This document shows positions 18,194 through 25,640 of a stretch of DNA of 33,617 bases, piece after piece. Each line of letters opens with the position of its first letter. Position 1 is the first letter of the stretch. The notes under the pieces were generated by a model, which was not told the DNA's origin, made no database searches, and worked only from the letters and a program-made list of their open reading frames with translations. Origin of the DNA: an uncultured Clostridia bacterium (lineage in GTDB: Bacteria > Bacillota > Clostridia > Oscillospirales > CAG-382); NCBI GenBank assembly GCA_947627335.1, contig CANQVQ010000003.1, positions 1 to 33,617 of the forward strand. Reading direction: 5' to 3'. A program made the position numbers and the translations under genes.

Positions 18194-19284
18194 GCAGGGA
18201 AAAGAAGCGGCTGCTTGCCGCCATACGCCGGTATGTCGTGTTCTTTTTGCTGATCGCGTTTGTCATCTCCTGCTGTATGCTGCTTTTCCTGCACACCATG
18301 CAGACCTCGGTGGGCATCACGTTCACGGAAAAGGGGATCCGAACCGCAGCGATCCTGACGATGGGCAACGTGCTTCTCCTCAGCCTGCTTTGTACCGTCA
18401 TAGACGCCGTTCGCCGGAAGTTTACGGTGGAGCGCCCGGTGCGGCGGATCGTGCAGGGAGCGGAAAAGCTCATGCGGGGGGATTTTTCCGCACGCATCGA
18501 GCCGCTTCCCGGCATTACGGGCGAGGACGGCTTTGACATCATCATCGACTGCTTCAACCGCATGGCGCAGGAGCTTTCCGGCGTGGAAACGCTGCGGACG
18601 GACTTCATCGCCAACGTGTCCCACGAATTGAAAACGCCTCTCGCCGTCCTGCAAAACTACGGCACCATGCTCCAAAACCCCGATCTGACCGAAGCGCAGC
18701 GAATCGAATACGCAAAGGCGATCGCCGAGCAGTCACGTCGCCTCGCCGACCTTATCACGAATATTCTGAAGCTGAACCGTCTGGAAAACCAGCAAATTTA
18801 CCCAATTCCAAAGCGGTACGACCTCGGCGAACAGCTTGCCGCGTGCCTGCTGGATTTTGAAAGCACCTGGGAGAAAAAGGGCATCGACATCGAAACGGAC
18901 ATCGAGGAGGACGTGTTCGTGGAATCGGATGGCGAACTGCTGTCCCTCGTCTGGAACAACCTGTTCTCCAACGCCCTGAAATTTACCGAACCGGGCGGGA
19001 CGGTGTCCGTGACGCTGAAAACCGAGGGGGATCTTGCGACCGTCAAGGTGTCCGACACCGGCTGCGGCATCTCGCCGGAGACCGGCAGGCACATCTTCGA
19101 GAAATTCTATCAGGGCGACACCTCCCACGCCACGCAGGGCAACGGCTTGGGGCTGGCGCTCGTCAAGCGGGTGGCGGACATCGTGGGCGGCGACATCTCC
19201 GTGGAAAGCGAGGTCGGGAAAGGCAGTACCTTTACCGTGAAGATCGGGAGGGCGGTCGATGGAGACGTTCCGAAAGCTCCTTAA
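18190..19284 (+). CDS. HAMP-domain sensor histidine kinase with two TMs and a short loop
   Basis: FIANVSHELKTPL H-box, NLFSNALKF N-box, DTGCG and GNGLGL G-boxes. ATGA overlap with the response regulator. Confidence 0.95.
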   Translation: MSREKKRLLAAIRRYVVFFLLIAFVISCCMLLFLHTMQTSVGITFTEKGIRTAAILTMGNVLLLSLLCTVIDAVRRKFTVERPVRRIVQGAEKLMRGDFSARIEPLPGITGEDGFDIIIDCFNRMAQELSGVETLRTDFIANVSHELKTPLAVLQNYGTMLQNPDLTEAQRIEYAKAIAEQSRRLADLITNILKLNRLENQQIYPIPKRYDLGEQLAACLLDFESTWEKKGIDIETDIEEDVFVESDGELLSLVWNNLFSNALKFTEPGGTVSVTLKTEGDLATVKVSDTGCGISPETGRHIFEKFYQGDTSHATQGNGLGLALVKRVADIVGGDISVESEVGKGSTFTVKIGRAVDGDVPKAP

Positions 19285-20158
19285 AAAGCTGTTCTGTCTG
19301 CCCCCGCTCCCGACGGTTCTGGTCTCGCTTTTCGGCTACGGGTTCGTCCTCGCGGTGGCGGTGTTCGACATTCGGACCCCCATCCTGCGATACGCCTCCT
19401 ATATCGCCTCCGCCTATGCGTTGGTCGTGACCGTTACGGGGTTTGTCTACCTGCCTGCGGCGAAGGAAGCCGTCAAAAGGCGGCTCTCCGGGCATCCGCT
19501 GATGAAGAAATTCCGCTCCACCGCGGTCGGGGAAAAATACATGACCGACGTGCGCTTCCGTGCGGGCATTTCCCTGTATCAGGGGTTTTTCATCAACCTG
19601 CTGTACATCGTCCTGAAGCTGGTGTCGGGGATCTACTACCGCTCCATGTGGTTCATCGCACTGGCGGTCTACTATATCCTGCTTGCCGTGATGTGCTTCC
19701 TGCTGGTGCGGCGCTTAAACGTGCAGGACGCGTCGGCGGAGCTGCGCCGGTACCGGCTGTGCGGGGTCATGCTCCTGTTCATGAATCAGGCGCTCGCCGG
19801 GATCGTGATCTTCATGGTGCGTCGGAACCGTGGGTTTGCGTATCCCGGGCTGCTGATCTACGCGATGGCGGCGTATGCCTTCTACGCCGTCATAGTCGCC
19901 GTCGTCCAGATCGTGAAAACGCGAAAGCACCAAAGCCCCGTCCTGTCGGCGGCGAAAGCGGTGAACCTTGTCGCCGCACTCGTTTCGATCCTGTCGCTGA
20001 CGACCGCGATGCTCTCCCGGTTCGGCGGAGAGGGGGACGGGGATTTTAACAGGACCATGACCGGCGCCGTGGGCGGTGGGGTCTGCACGATCGTGATCGG
20101 CGTGGCGGTCTATATGATCTGGCGGGCGAATAAAAATCTGAAAACCCTCCGAAATTAA
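19259..20158 (+). CDS. Hypothetical polytopic membrane protein
   Basis: About eight hydrophobic segments, GGGAGG RBS, overlaps the kinase 3' end. Confidence 0.8.
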   Translation: METFRKLLKKLFCLPPLPTVLVSLFGYGFVLAVAVFDIRTPILRYASYIASAYALVVTVTGFVYLPAAKEAVKRRLSGHPLMKKFRSTAVGEKYMTDVRFRAGISLYQGFFINLLYIVLKLVSGIYYRSMWFIALAVYYILLAVMCFLLVRRLNVQDASAELRRYRLCGVMLLFMNQALAGIVIFMVRRNRGFAYPGLLIYAMAAYAFYAVIVAVVQIVKTRKHQSPVLSAAKAVNLVAALVSILSLTTAMLSRFGGEGDGDFNRTMTGAVGGGVCTIVIGVAVYMIWRANKNLKTLRN

Positions 20159-20239
20159 CAATTCTCAAACAGAACTTGAACCTTTCGCAAACAGTCGTCT
20201 GTTACAATGTCCGCAGAAATCGGAAAGGAGCAAACGATC

Positions 20240-20623
20240 ATGGAAGAAAAAAAGGAAACCTTCACCTACACCTATTCCGCAAAGGAGCAGGAGGAGATCA
20301 AGGCGATTCGGGACAAATACGCCCCGCAGACGGGCGGGGAGACCCCGATGGAGCGGCTTCGCCGTCTGGACAGGAGCGCCGCAAGGGGCGCGACCGTCGT
20401 CTCGCTGATCGTCGGGATCGTCAGCGCCCTGCTTTTGGGCGTGGGGATGTGCTGTACGCTGCTACCCGGCTGGGAATCGTATTTCGTTCTCGGGATCGCG
20501 GTCGGCGCGGTCGGTTTGGCCGGTGCGGTCGCGACGTACCCGCTTTACAAGGGTATGGTCAAGCGGAAACGGGCGGAACTCGCGCCGGAGGTTTTGCGCC
20601 TGTCGGGTGAATTGATGAAGTGA
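20240..20623 (+). CDS. Small two-TM hypothetical membrane protein
   Basis: ATG 20240 follows GAAAGGAG; MEEKKETFTYTYSAKEQEEIKAIRDKY followed by two TM helices. Confidence 0.8.
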   Translation: MEEKKETFTYTYSAKEQEEIKAIRDKYAPQTGGETPMERLRRLDRSAARGATVVSLIVGIVSALLLGVGMCCTLLPGWESYFVLGIAVGAVGLAGAVATYPLYKGMVKRKRAELAPEVLRLSGELMK

Positions 20624-20631
20624 TTTTCGCG

Positions 20632-20675
20632 AAAAATTCCTTCCTGTCGGTGTTTTGGCAGGAAGGGATTTTTTT
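20632..20675. terminator. Bidirectional terminator
   Basis: AAAAATTCCTTCCTGTC...GGCAGGAAGGGATTTTTTT between convergent genes. Confidence 0.7.
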
Positions 20676-20681
20676 GTGCGG

Positions 20682-21551
20682 TCAGCGCATACGCTCCAGG
20701 ACGGCGGAAATGTCCGCGTCGATGCAGACGGAACGGTCGCGGATCTCCGGCGGGCAGACCGCGTCGCCGAAGTTGACGCAGGCGTAGGTCGCCGCCCGGT
20801 TCTGCGCGGTCATGCGCCAGAACGGGTATTTGATGATGCCCGGCGTGTTGTACCCGACGCCGAGCTCCCAAAACAGGATCCGTCCGTTTTTTCGCGTCCG
20901 CAGAAAGTTCTCGTACCGCTCCGCCGCACGGTGCCAGCCTTCGTCCTCGACGAATTTGTCGTCGGAACGGAGGTTCATGGTCAGGGGTCTGCCGCAGTGC
21001 GGGCAAAAGGGGAGGAGTTCGGTCGGGACCCGCATCTCCTTTTGCCGTTCCACCATCTGCCGGATCGTATCCTCGTTCGCAAAGGTCTCCTGACAGCAGG
21101 GTTCGGAACATTGGAACAGACCGTAGTCCCCCTGCGTATAGAACAGGCGTTTCTTGTCGAATCCCGCCTTTTGGAAGCAGTGGTCCACGTTCGTGGTGAT
21201 CGCGAAGTAGTCCTTGTCCCCGACCAGCGCAAGCAGGGTCTCGTACACCGGCTTCGGCGCGTCCAGATAGCGGTTGACAAAAATATACCGGCTCCAATAC
21301 GCCCAGAATTCCTCCGGCGAGGAATACGGGTAAAACCCGCCCGCATACATATCGGAAAAACCGTATTTGTCGGCAAAATCCGAGAAATACCGCCGGAACC
21401 GCTCCCCGGCATAGGTGAATCCCGCCGAGGCGGAAAGTCCCGCTCCCGCGCCGACGACTACGGCGTCGGCTTCCCGCAGGGCGACCCGCAGGCGGTCAAG
21501 AGGTTCCGAGAAGGTTTCGGTAGAGCTGTTCGTCCCGTTGCGTGAAAACAT
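20682..21551 (-). CDS. Class M (macrodomain-linked) sirtuin, SirTM-like mono-ADP-ribosyltransferase
   Basis: GAGAGLSASAG, ITTNVDH and ELGVGYNTPGIIK motifs; TQGDY has Gln where canonical sirtuins have the catalytic His; Zn ligands QCSEPC...CPHCG. Confidence 0.88.
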   Translation of the reverse strand: MFSRNGTNSSTETFSEPLDRLRVALREADAVVVGAGAGLSASAGFTYAGERFRRYFSDFADKYGFSDMYAGGFYPYSSPEEFWAYWSRYIFVNRYLDAPKPVYETLLALVGDKDYFAITTNVDHCFQKAGFDKKRLFYTQGDYGLFQCSEPCCQETFANEDTIRQMVERQKEMRVPTELLPFCPHCGRPLTMNLRSDDKFVEDEGWHRAAERYENFLRTRKNGRILFWELGVGYNTPGIIKYPFWRMTAQNRAATYACVNFGDAVCPPEIRDRSVCIDADISAVLERMR

Positions 21552-22272
21552 TGAAGATCACCTCGATTCCGCCGCCCGTTTCGGCTCTGTACGCGTCCAC
21601 CGTCCGCACGGCGATCTCCGCCGCTTTTTCGCCCGGGAATGCGAATACGCCGGTCGAAATGCAGCAGAACGCGACGCTTTTCAGCCTGTTTTGCACCGCC
21701 AGCTCCAGACAGGACCGATAACAGGAGGCGAGCAGTTCGCAATGCCGTTCCGTGAGGGGTCCCCGCACGATCGGTCCGACCGTGTGCAGCACATACCGGC
21801 AGGGCAGGTTGAAGGCGGGCGTGATCTTCGCCCCGCCCGGTTCCTCCGCGTGACCCTGCTTTTCCATGATTTCGGCGCAGGCGAGCCGAAGCTGCACGCC
21901 GGCGTAGGTGTGGATGCAGTTGTCGATGCAGTCGTGGCAGGGGACGTAGCAGCCGGTCATGCCGCTGTTGGCGGCGTTGACGATGGCGTCGCAGGCGAGC
22001 GTCGTGATGTCGCCCCGCCATAGGTAGATCCCGTCCCGGATCGGGTCCAGGTCGGCGAGCGTTGTGACGCCTTTTCGCCGAATCTCCTCCCGCAGGTAAG
22101 CGTCCTGCACGTCCAGAAATGCTTCCGACGCGGGAGCGGGCGGGCGGAGGTTCAAAAGGGCGCGAAGCAGCAGTTTCTGTCCCCGCTCGTCCGACGGGAC
22201 CCCGACGGTTTCCTGCGGTCGCTCCCGCAAGAGCGCCGTCAGCAGGTATGCGCGTCTGTCTTGCTGTGTCAT
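21496..22272 (-). CDS. Zn-dependent macrodomain protein-ADP-ribose hydrolase
   Basis: WRGDIT, IVNAANS, Zn loop GCYVPCHDCIDNCIH, VLHTVGP, FCCISTGVFAFP. Start re-called at ATG 22272 after GAAAGGAG. Confidence 0.92.
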   Translation of the reverse strand: MTQQDRRAYLLTALLRERPQETVGVPSDERGQKLLLRALLNLRPPAPASEAFLDVQDAYLREEIRRKGVTTLADLDPIRDGIYLWRGDITTLACDAIVNAANSGMTGCYVPCHDCIDNCIHTYAGVQLRLACAEIMEKQGHAEEPGGAKITPAFNLPCRYVLHTVGPIVRGPLTERHCELLASCYRSCLELAVQNRLKSVAFCCISTGVFAFPGEKAAEIAVRTVDAYRAETGGGIEVIFNVFTQRDEQLYRNLLGTS

Positions 22273-22373
22273 CTTCCGCTCCTTTCCGAATCGCGGCGCA
22301 AATAAGGAGAGCGGCGCGGAAAGCATTCCCGCTCCCCGTGCCGCCCGTTCTCTTTTTGCCGTGAAAACCGCTT

Positions 22374-23438
22374 TTACAGCCGGACTTCCCGACCCTCTGC
22401 GGCGGATTGATAGATCGCGTCGAGGATCCGCATGAGCACCACGCCGTCCTCGGCGGGGGAGATGCACGGAATGCCGTCGCGGACGCAGTCCACGAAATGC
22501 TTGATCTCCCGGTTGAACAGCCCGTTGAAGTCCAGCGCCGTGTTGCCGGCAGGCTTGATGTCGACGAACATCTTGTTCATATCCGAGAAGAATTCGATCT
22601 GCGGATCGATGCGGGCGCCTGCTTTGGTGCCGAACAGTTCGATGTTGCCGGTGTCCTGCTTGATGTTGAGGTTGAAGGAGGCTTCGACGTTGAGCGTCAT
22701 GCCGTTGTCAAAGCGGATCAGCGCCGTCGCGAAATCTTCGACCGTATACTTGAAATCGATGCCGAGGTTGTTCTGGGAGACCCAGCCCTTCTGGTTGTCG
22801 GCACGGTTGTCGCCGAGGTTGTCGTAGGTCACGCCGTAGACCGAGACCGGCTGCGGGCAGCCCGCGAGGTAGCGGCAAAGGTCGATGACGTGCACGCCCA
22901 GATCGATCAGCGGACCGCCGCCGGAATAGCGTTTGTCGCCGAACCAACCGCCGGGGCATCCGCTGCGGCGGAGGTAGGTCGCCTTGGCGAAGTAGATGTC
23001 GCCCACGGTGCCTGCCTGAATGAAGTTGCGCAGGATGTCCGCGTCGTTGCCGAACCGACGCACGAAGCCGATCATCAGCAGCTTGCCGTTGCGTTCGGCG
23101 GCTTCCTTCATGGCGAGCGCCTGCGAAGCGTTCATCGCCATCGGTTTTTCGCACAGGACGTTGCAGCCCGCGTTCAGCGCGGCGATGGTCGCTTCGGCGT
23201 GCGCGGCGTTCCAGGTGCAGACGGACACCGCGTCGAGTTCCTCTTTGGCGAGCATTTCGTTGTAGTCCTTGTAGGCACGGGGGAACCCGTTGACCTTCGC
23301 GTAGTTTTGCGCCTTCTGCTCGTCGATGTCGCACACCGCGACCAGCTCCACCTTGTCCGGCAGCGCCTTGTACCCGCCGAGGTGCGAATGGCTGATGTTC
23401 CCTGCGCCGATGATGCCGACGCGTAGCTTTCTGTCCAT
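22374..23438 (-). CDS. Gfo/Idh/MocA-family NAD(P)-dependent oxidoreductase
   Basis: GIIGAGNI, LCEKPMA and GGGPLIDLGVHVID motifs. Start re-called at ATG 23438. Confidence 0.93.
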   Translation of the reverse strand: MDRKLRVGIIGAGNISHSHLGGYKALPDKVELVAVCDIDEQKAQNYAKVNGFPRAYKDYNEMLAKEELDAVSVCTWNAAHAEATIAALNAGCNVLCEKPMAMNASQALAMKEAAERNGKLLMIGFVRRFGNDADILRNFIQAGTVGDIYFAKATYLRRSGCPGGWFGDKRYSGGGPLIDLGVHVIDLCRYLAGCPQPVSVYGVTYDNLGDNRADNQKGWVSQNNLGIDFKYTVEDFATALIRFDNGMTLNVEASFNLNIKQDTGNIELFGTKAGARIDPQIEFFSDMNKMFVDIKPAGNTALDFNGLFNREIKHFVDCVRDGIPCISPAEDGVVLMRILDAIYQSAAEGREVRL

Positions 23439-23472
23439 GATCTTGCTTCCTTTCTCTTGTGCGTCTGACAAC

Positions 23473-23501
23473 ATTTTACACCCGCTTTCCCGGTTTGTCA
23501 A
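23473..23501 (-). promoter_or_regulatory. sigmaA promoter for the Gfo/Idh/MocA gene
   Basis: Minus strand TTGACA-17 bp-TAAAAT with an extended TG. Confidence 0.7.
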
Positions 23502-23546
23502 GGGCAAAACACGGGGACGGGGAAAAATTTTGCGACAGGACCCGTT

Positions 23547-24257
23547 TCAGGTTCGGCGGACCTCCACGCCCAGAAGCGGCGGGATCTCCCACAGGCTGTG
23601 CAGTTCGCGGTCCACGCGCACGTCCTCCCGACGCGCCTGCCCCTGCGGATTGTACCACCAGCAGACGAGTCCCGCATTGTTCCCGCCTCGCATATCGCTC
23701 GTCAGCGAATCGCCGATGATCGCCGTCCGCGCCGGGTCGTAGCCGGTCTGCGCCCGCACCGAGCGGAAAAACGCTTCCGTCGGCTTCTGCGCCCCGACGA
23801 CCTCCGAGATAAACACCCCGTCCGCCAGCCTGTCCAGACCGCATTTCCGCAGTTTCGCCTCCTGCGCTTCGATACTGCCGTTGGTGACGAGGTATTGCCG
23901 GAAATGCTTTCCCAGTTCGCGGAACAGCGTCAGCGAGTCCTCCTGCGGGAAAGCCGATTCCCCGAGCGCCTGCTGATACCGGCGGTTGAACGCGTCGTAA
24001 TCGGTATAGCGAATGCCGTAACGGGCGAAAAATTCCACGAGCCGACCGGAACGGACCTCCCGCTGGGTGACCTCCCCCCGCTCGAACTTCTCCCACCATT
24101 CTCGGTTGATGGCGGAATAGACCGCGAGCATCTCCGCGTCCAGCTCCACGCCGATCTCCCGACAGCACTTCTCCATCCCGTACTTCTCCGCCGCCGAAAA
24201 ATCCAGCAGCGTCCCGTCCACGTCCCAAAGCAGGGTCGTGATGCTTCCGCCCGTCAT
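23547..24257 (-). CDS. YjjG-family noncanonical pyrimidine nucleotidase (HAD hydrolase)
   Basis: WDVDGTLLDFSAAE, VTNG, QKP and IGDSLTSDMRGG motifs; GGGAGG RBS. Confidence 0.9.
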   Translation of the reverse strand: MTGGSITTLLWDVDGTLLDFSAAEKYGMEKCCREIGVELDAEMLAVYSAINREWWEKFERGEVTQREVRSGRLVEFFARYGIRYTDYDAFNRRYQQALGESAFPQEDSLTLFRELGKHFRQYLVTNGSIEAQEAKLRKCGLDRLADGVFISEVVGAQKPTEAFFRSVRAQTGYDPARTAIIGDSLTSDMRGGNNAGLVCWWYNPQGQARREDVRVDRELHSLWEIPPLLGVEVRRT

Positions 24258-24335
24258 ATTTTTTCCTCCCGTCCTTTTTTACGGAAAAAGGCAAATCGAA
24301 CGAGAGCCGTCCGAATTGCCTTTCCCTGTCCGCAA

Positions 24336-24411
24336 TGGTCTGAGTGACACGATTTGAACGTGCGGCCTCTACCACCCCAAGGTAGCGCGCTACCAACTGC
24401 GCCACACCCAG
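24336..24411 (-). tRNA. tRNA-Pro (GGG)
   Basis: Reverse complement CTGGGTGTGGCGCAGTTGGTAGCGCGCTACC-TTGGGGT-GGTAGAGGCCGCACGTTCAAATCGTGTCACTCAGACCA: 76-nt cloverleaf, anticodon GGG, encoded CCA. Confidence 0.95.
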
Positions 24412-24432
24412 ATACCCATTGGGAACGGGAGT

Positions 24433-24461
24433 ATTATAGCACGAATCGGCTCGCCTGTCAA
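24433..24461 (-). promoter_or_regulatory. Consensus promoter of tRNA-Pro
   Basis: Minus strand TTGACA-17 bp-TATAAT. Confidence 0.8.
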
Positions 24462-24492
24462 GTCCTTTTTCGGCTTTTTCCGCCGCAACCGG

Positions 24493-24521
24493 TTGACTTT
24501 TTTCGTTTCGTATGGTATACT
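24493..24521 (+). promoter_or_regulatory. Divergent sigmaA promoter upstream of the GIY-YIG gene and tRNA-Leu
   Basis: TTGACT-17 bp-TATACT with an extended TG. Confidence 0.7.
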
Positions 24522-24579
24522 GATACCGTTCAGGGGCGTTGCCGCCCCGGCAAACCTTTTTGATTGGGGGTTTTTAGAA

Positions 24580-25401
24580 ATGCCGTTCGGGAAGACCATA
24601 TCTTTGTTCCTTATCGACGGTGATCCGAATAAACGTTGGGTGTGTGAGTTATCCAACTGGAACGGAAAAGCCTATAAACTTCCCCGTATCTCCGTCAAAA
24701 ACTGCGACGACCGAGAGGATCTGTCCGCCTGCGGGGTGTATTTCCTGTTTGGTTGGGATGATTCCGATAAAAAAGGGATCGTATACATCGGAGAGGCGGA
24801 GGACGTTCTTTCACGCCTGAAGCAGCACGACGCGCCCAATGGAAAGGATTTTTGGAACGAGTGCATCGTTTTCATCAGCAATCGTCTCAATAAAGCGCAC
24901 ATTAAGTATTTGGAGCGTCGTTGCTATTTGTTGGCGAAAGCTGCCGGACGATATACCGTGGAAAACTCTACCGTTCCTGCAGACGCGTCACTGAACGAAC
25001 GGGAACAGGCGGAAATGGACGAATTCCTCTATAATCTTCGCATGATCAGCAATGTCCTTGGACACAAGGTGCTCGAACCGCTCATTGACCATGTGAAAAC
25101 GAATGCGGCGGAGGAAAAAAGCGAATTGCTTGCCATTTCCACGGCGCGGGGCGCTTGTGCAAAAGGCATGATGACCGGCGACGGATTTGTGGTCCTGAAA
25201 GGGTCCCGTATTGCCGAATCGGAAACGAAGTCCTGCAAGAAACACGTTTCCGCCTTGCGAAAAAAACTGATGCAGGAGGGAAAGATTCAGGATTGGGTTT
25301 TTACGGAGGATTATGTTTTCAGCAGTCCGTCCGCTGCTGCGGGCGTCGTTGAGGGAATGAGCGCGAATGGTCTGACTGAGTGGAAAAAGAAGTCGGATTG
25401 A
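24580..25401 (+). CDS. GIY-YIG nuclease-family protein with C-terminal DUF4357 (RAMA-like) domain
   Basis: GVYFLFG...VYIGEAEDVLSRLKQH...KDFW...YLE GIY-YIG core; C-terminal GFVVLKGS...FSSPSAAAGVVEGMSANGLTEWK. Start re-called at ATG 24580. Confidence 0.9.
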   Translation: MPFGKTISLFLIDGDPNKRWVCELSNWNGKAYKLPRISVKNCDDREDLSACGVYFLFGWDDSDKKGIVYIGEAEDVLSRLKQHDAPNGKDFWNECIVFISNRLNKAHIKYLERRCYLLAKAAGRYTVENSTVPADASLNEREQAEMDEFLYNLRMISNVLGHKVLEPLIDHVKTNAAEEKSELLAISTARGACAKGMMTGDGFVVLKGSRIAESETKSCKKHVSALRKKLMQEGKIQDWVFTEDYVFSSPSAAAGVVEGMSANGLTEWKKKSD

Positions 25402-25438
25402 ACTTTCCGAACGTCCCGGAATATTTATGCATTCCTAT

Positions 25439-25521
25439 GCGGGCGTGGCGGAATTGGCAGACGCGCCGGATTTAGGATCCGGTGGGCAACCTTGCGGGTT
25501 CGACCCCCGCCGCCCGTACCA
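25439..25521 (+). tRNA. tRNA-Leu (TAG)
   Basis: GCGGGCGTGGCGGAATTGGCAGACGCGCCGGA-TTTAGGA-TCCGGTGGGCAACCTTGCGGGTTCGACCCCCGCCGCCCGTACCA: long variable arm, anticodon TAG. Confidence 0.95.
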
Positions 25522-25523
25522 CG

Positions 25524-25559
25524 TCGCGGCAAGCCCTTTTGGCTTGCCGCGATTTGCTT
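25524..25559 (+). terminator. Hairpin after tRNA-Leu
   Basis: TCGCGGCAAGCC-CTTTT-GGCTTGCCGCGA followed by TTTGCTTT. Confidence 0.6.
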
Positions 25560-25640
25560 TCAAATCACGATTTCCGCTTTTGCGGAGGAATCCCCATACA
25601 TAACCGGCGCCGACATCCATTTTCAACAGGAGGAAGTCCG

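Noticed and set aside
20682-22272. Sirtuin plus macrodomain as a Thoeris (ThsA) or DSR defence system
   Set aside because: The motifs (TQGDY, Cx4HxC Zn loop) fit the SirTM/Zn-macro class, and no TIR-domain ThsB gene is adjacent.
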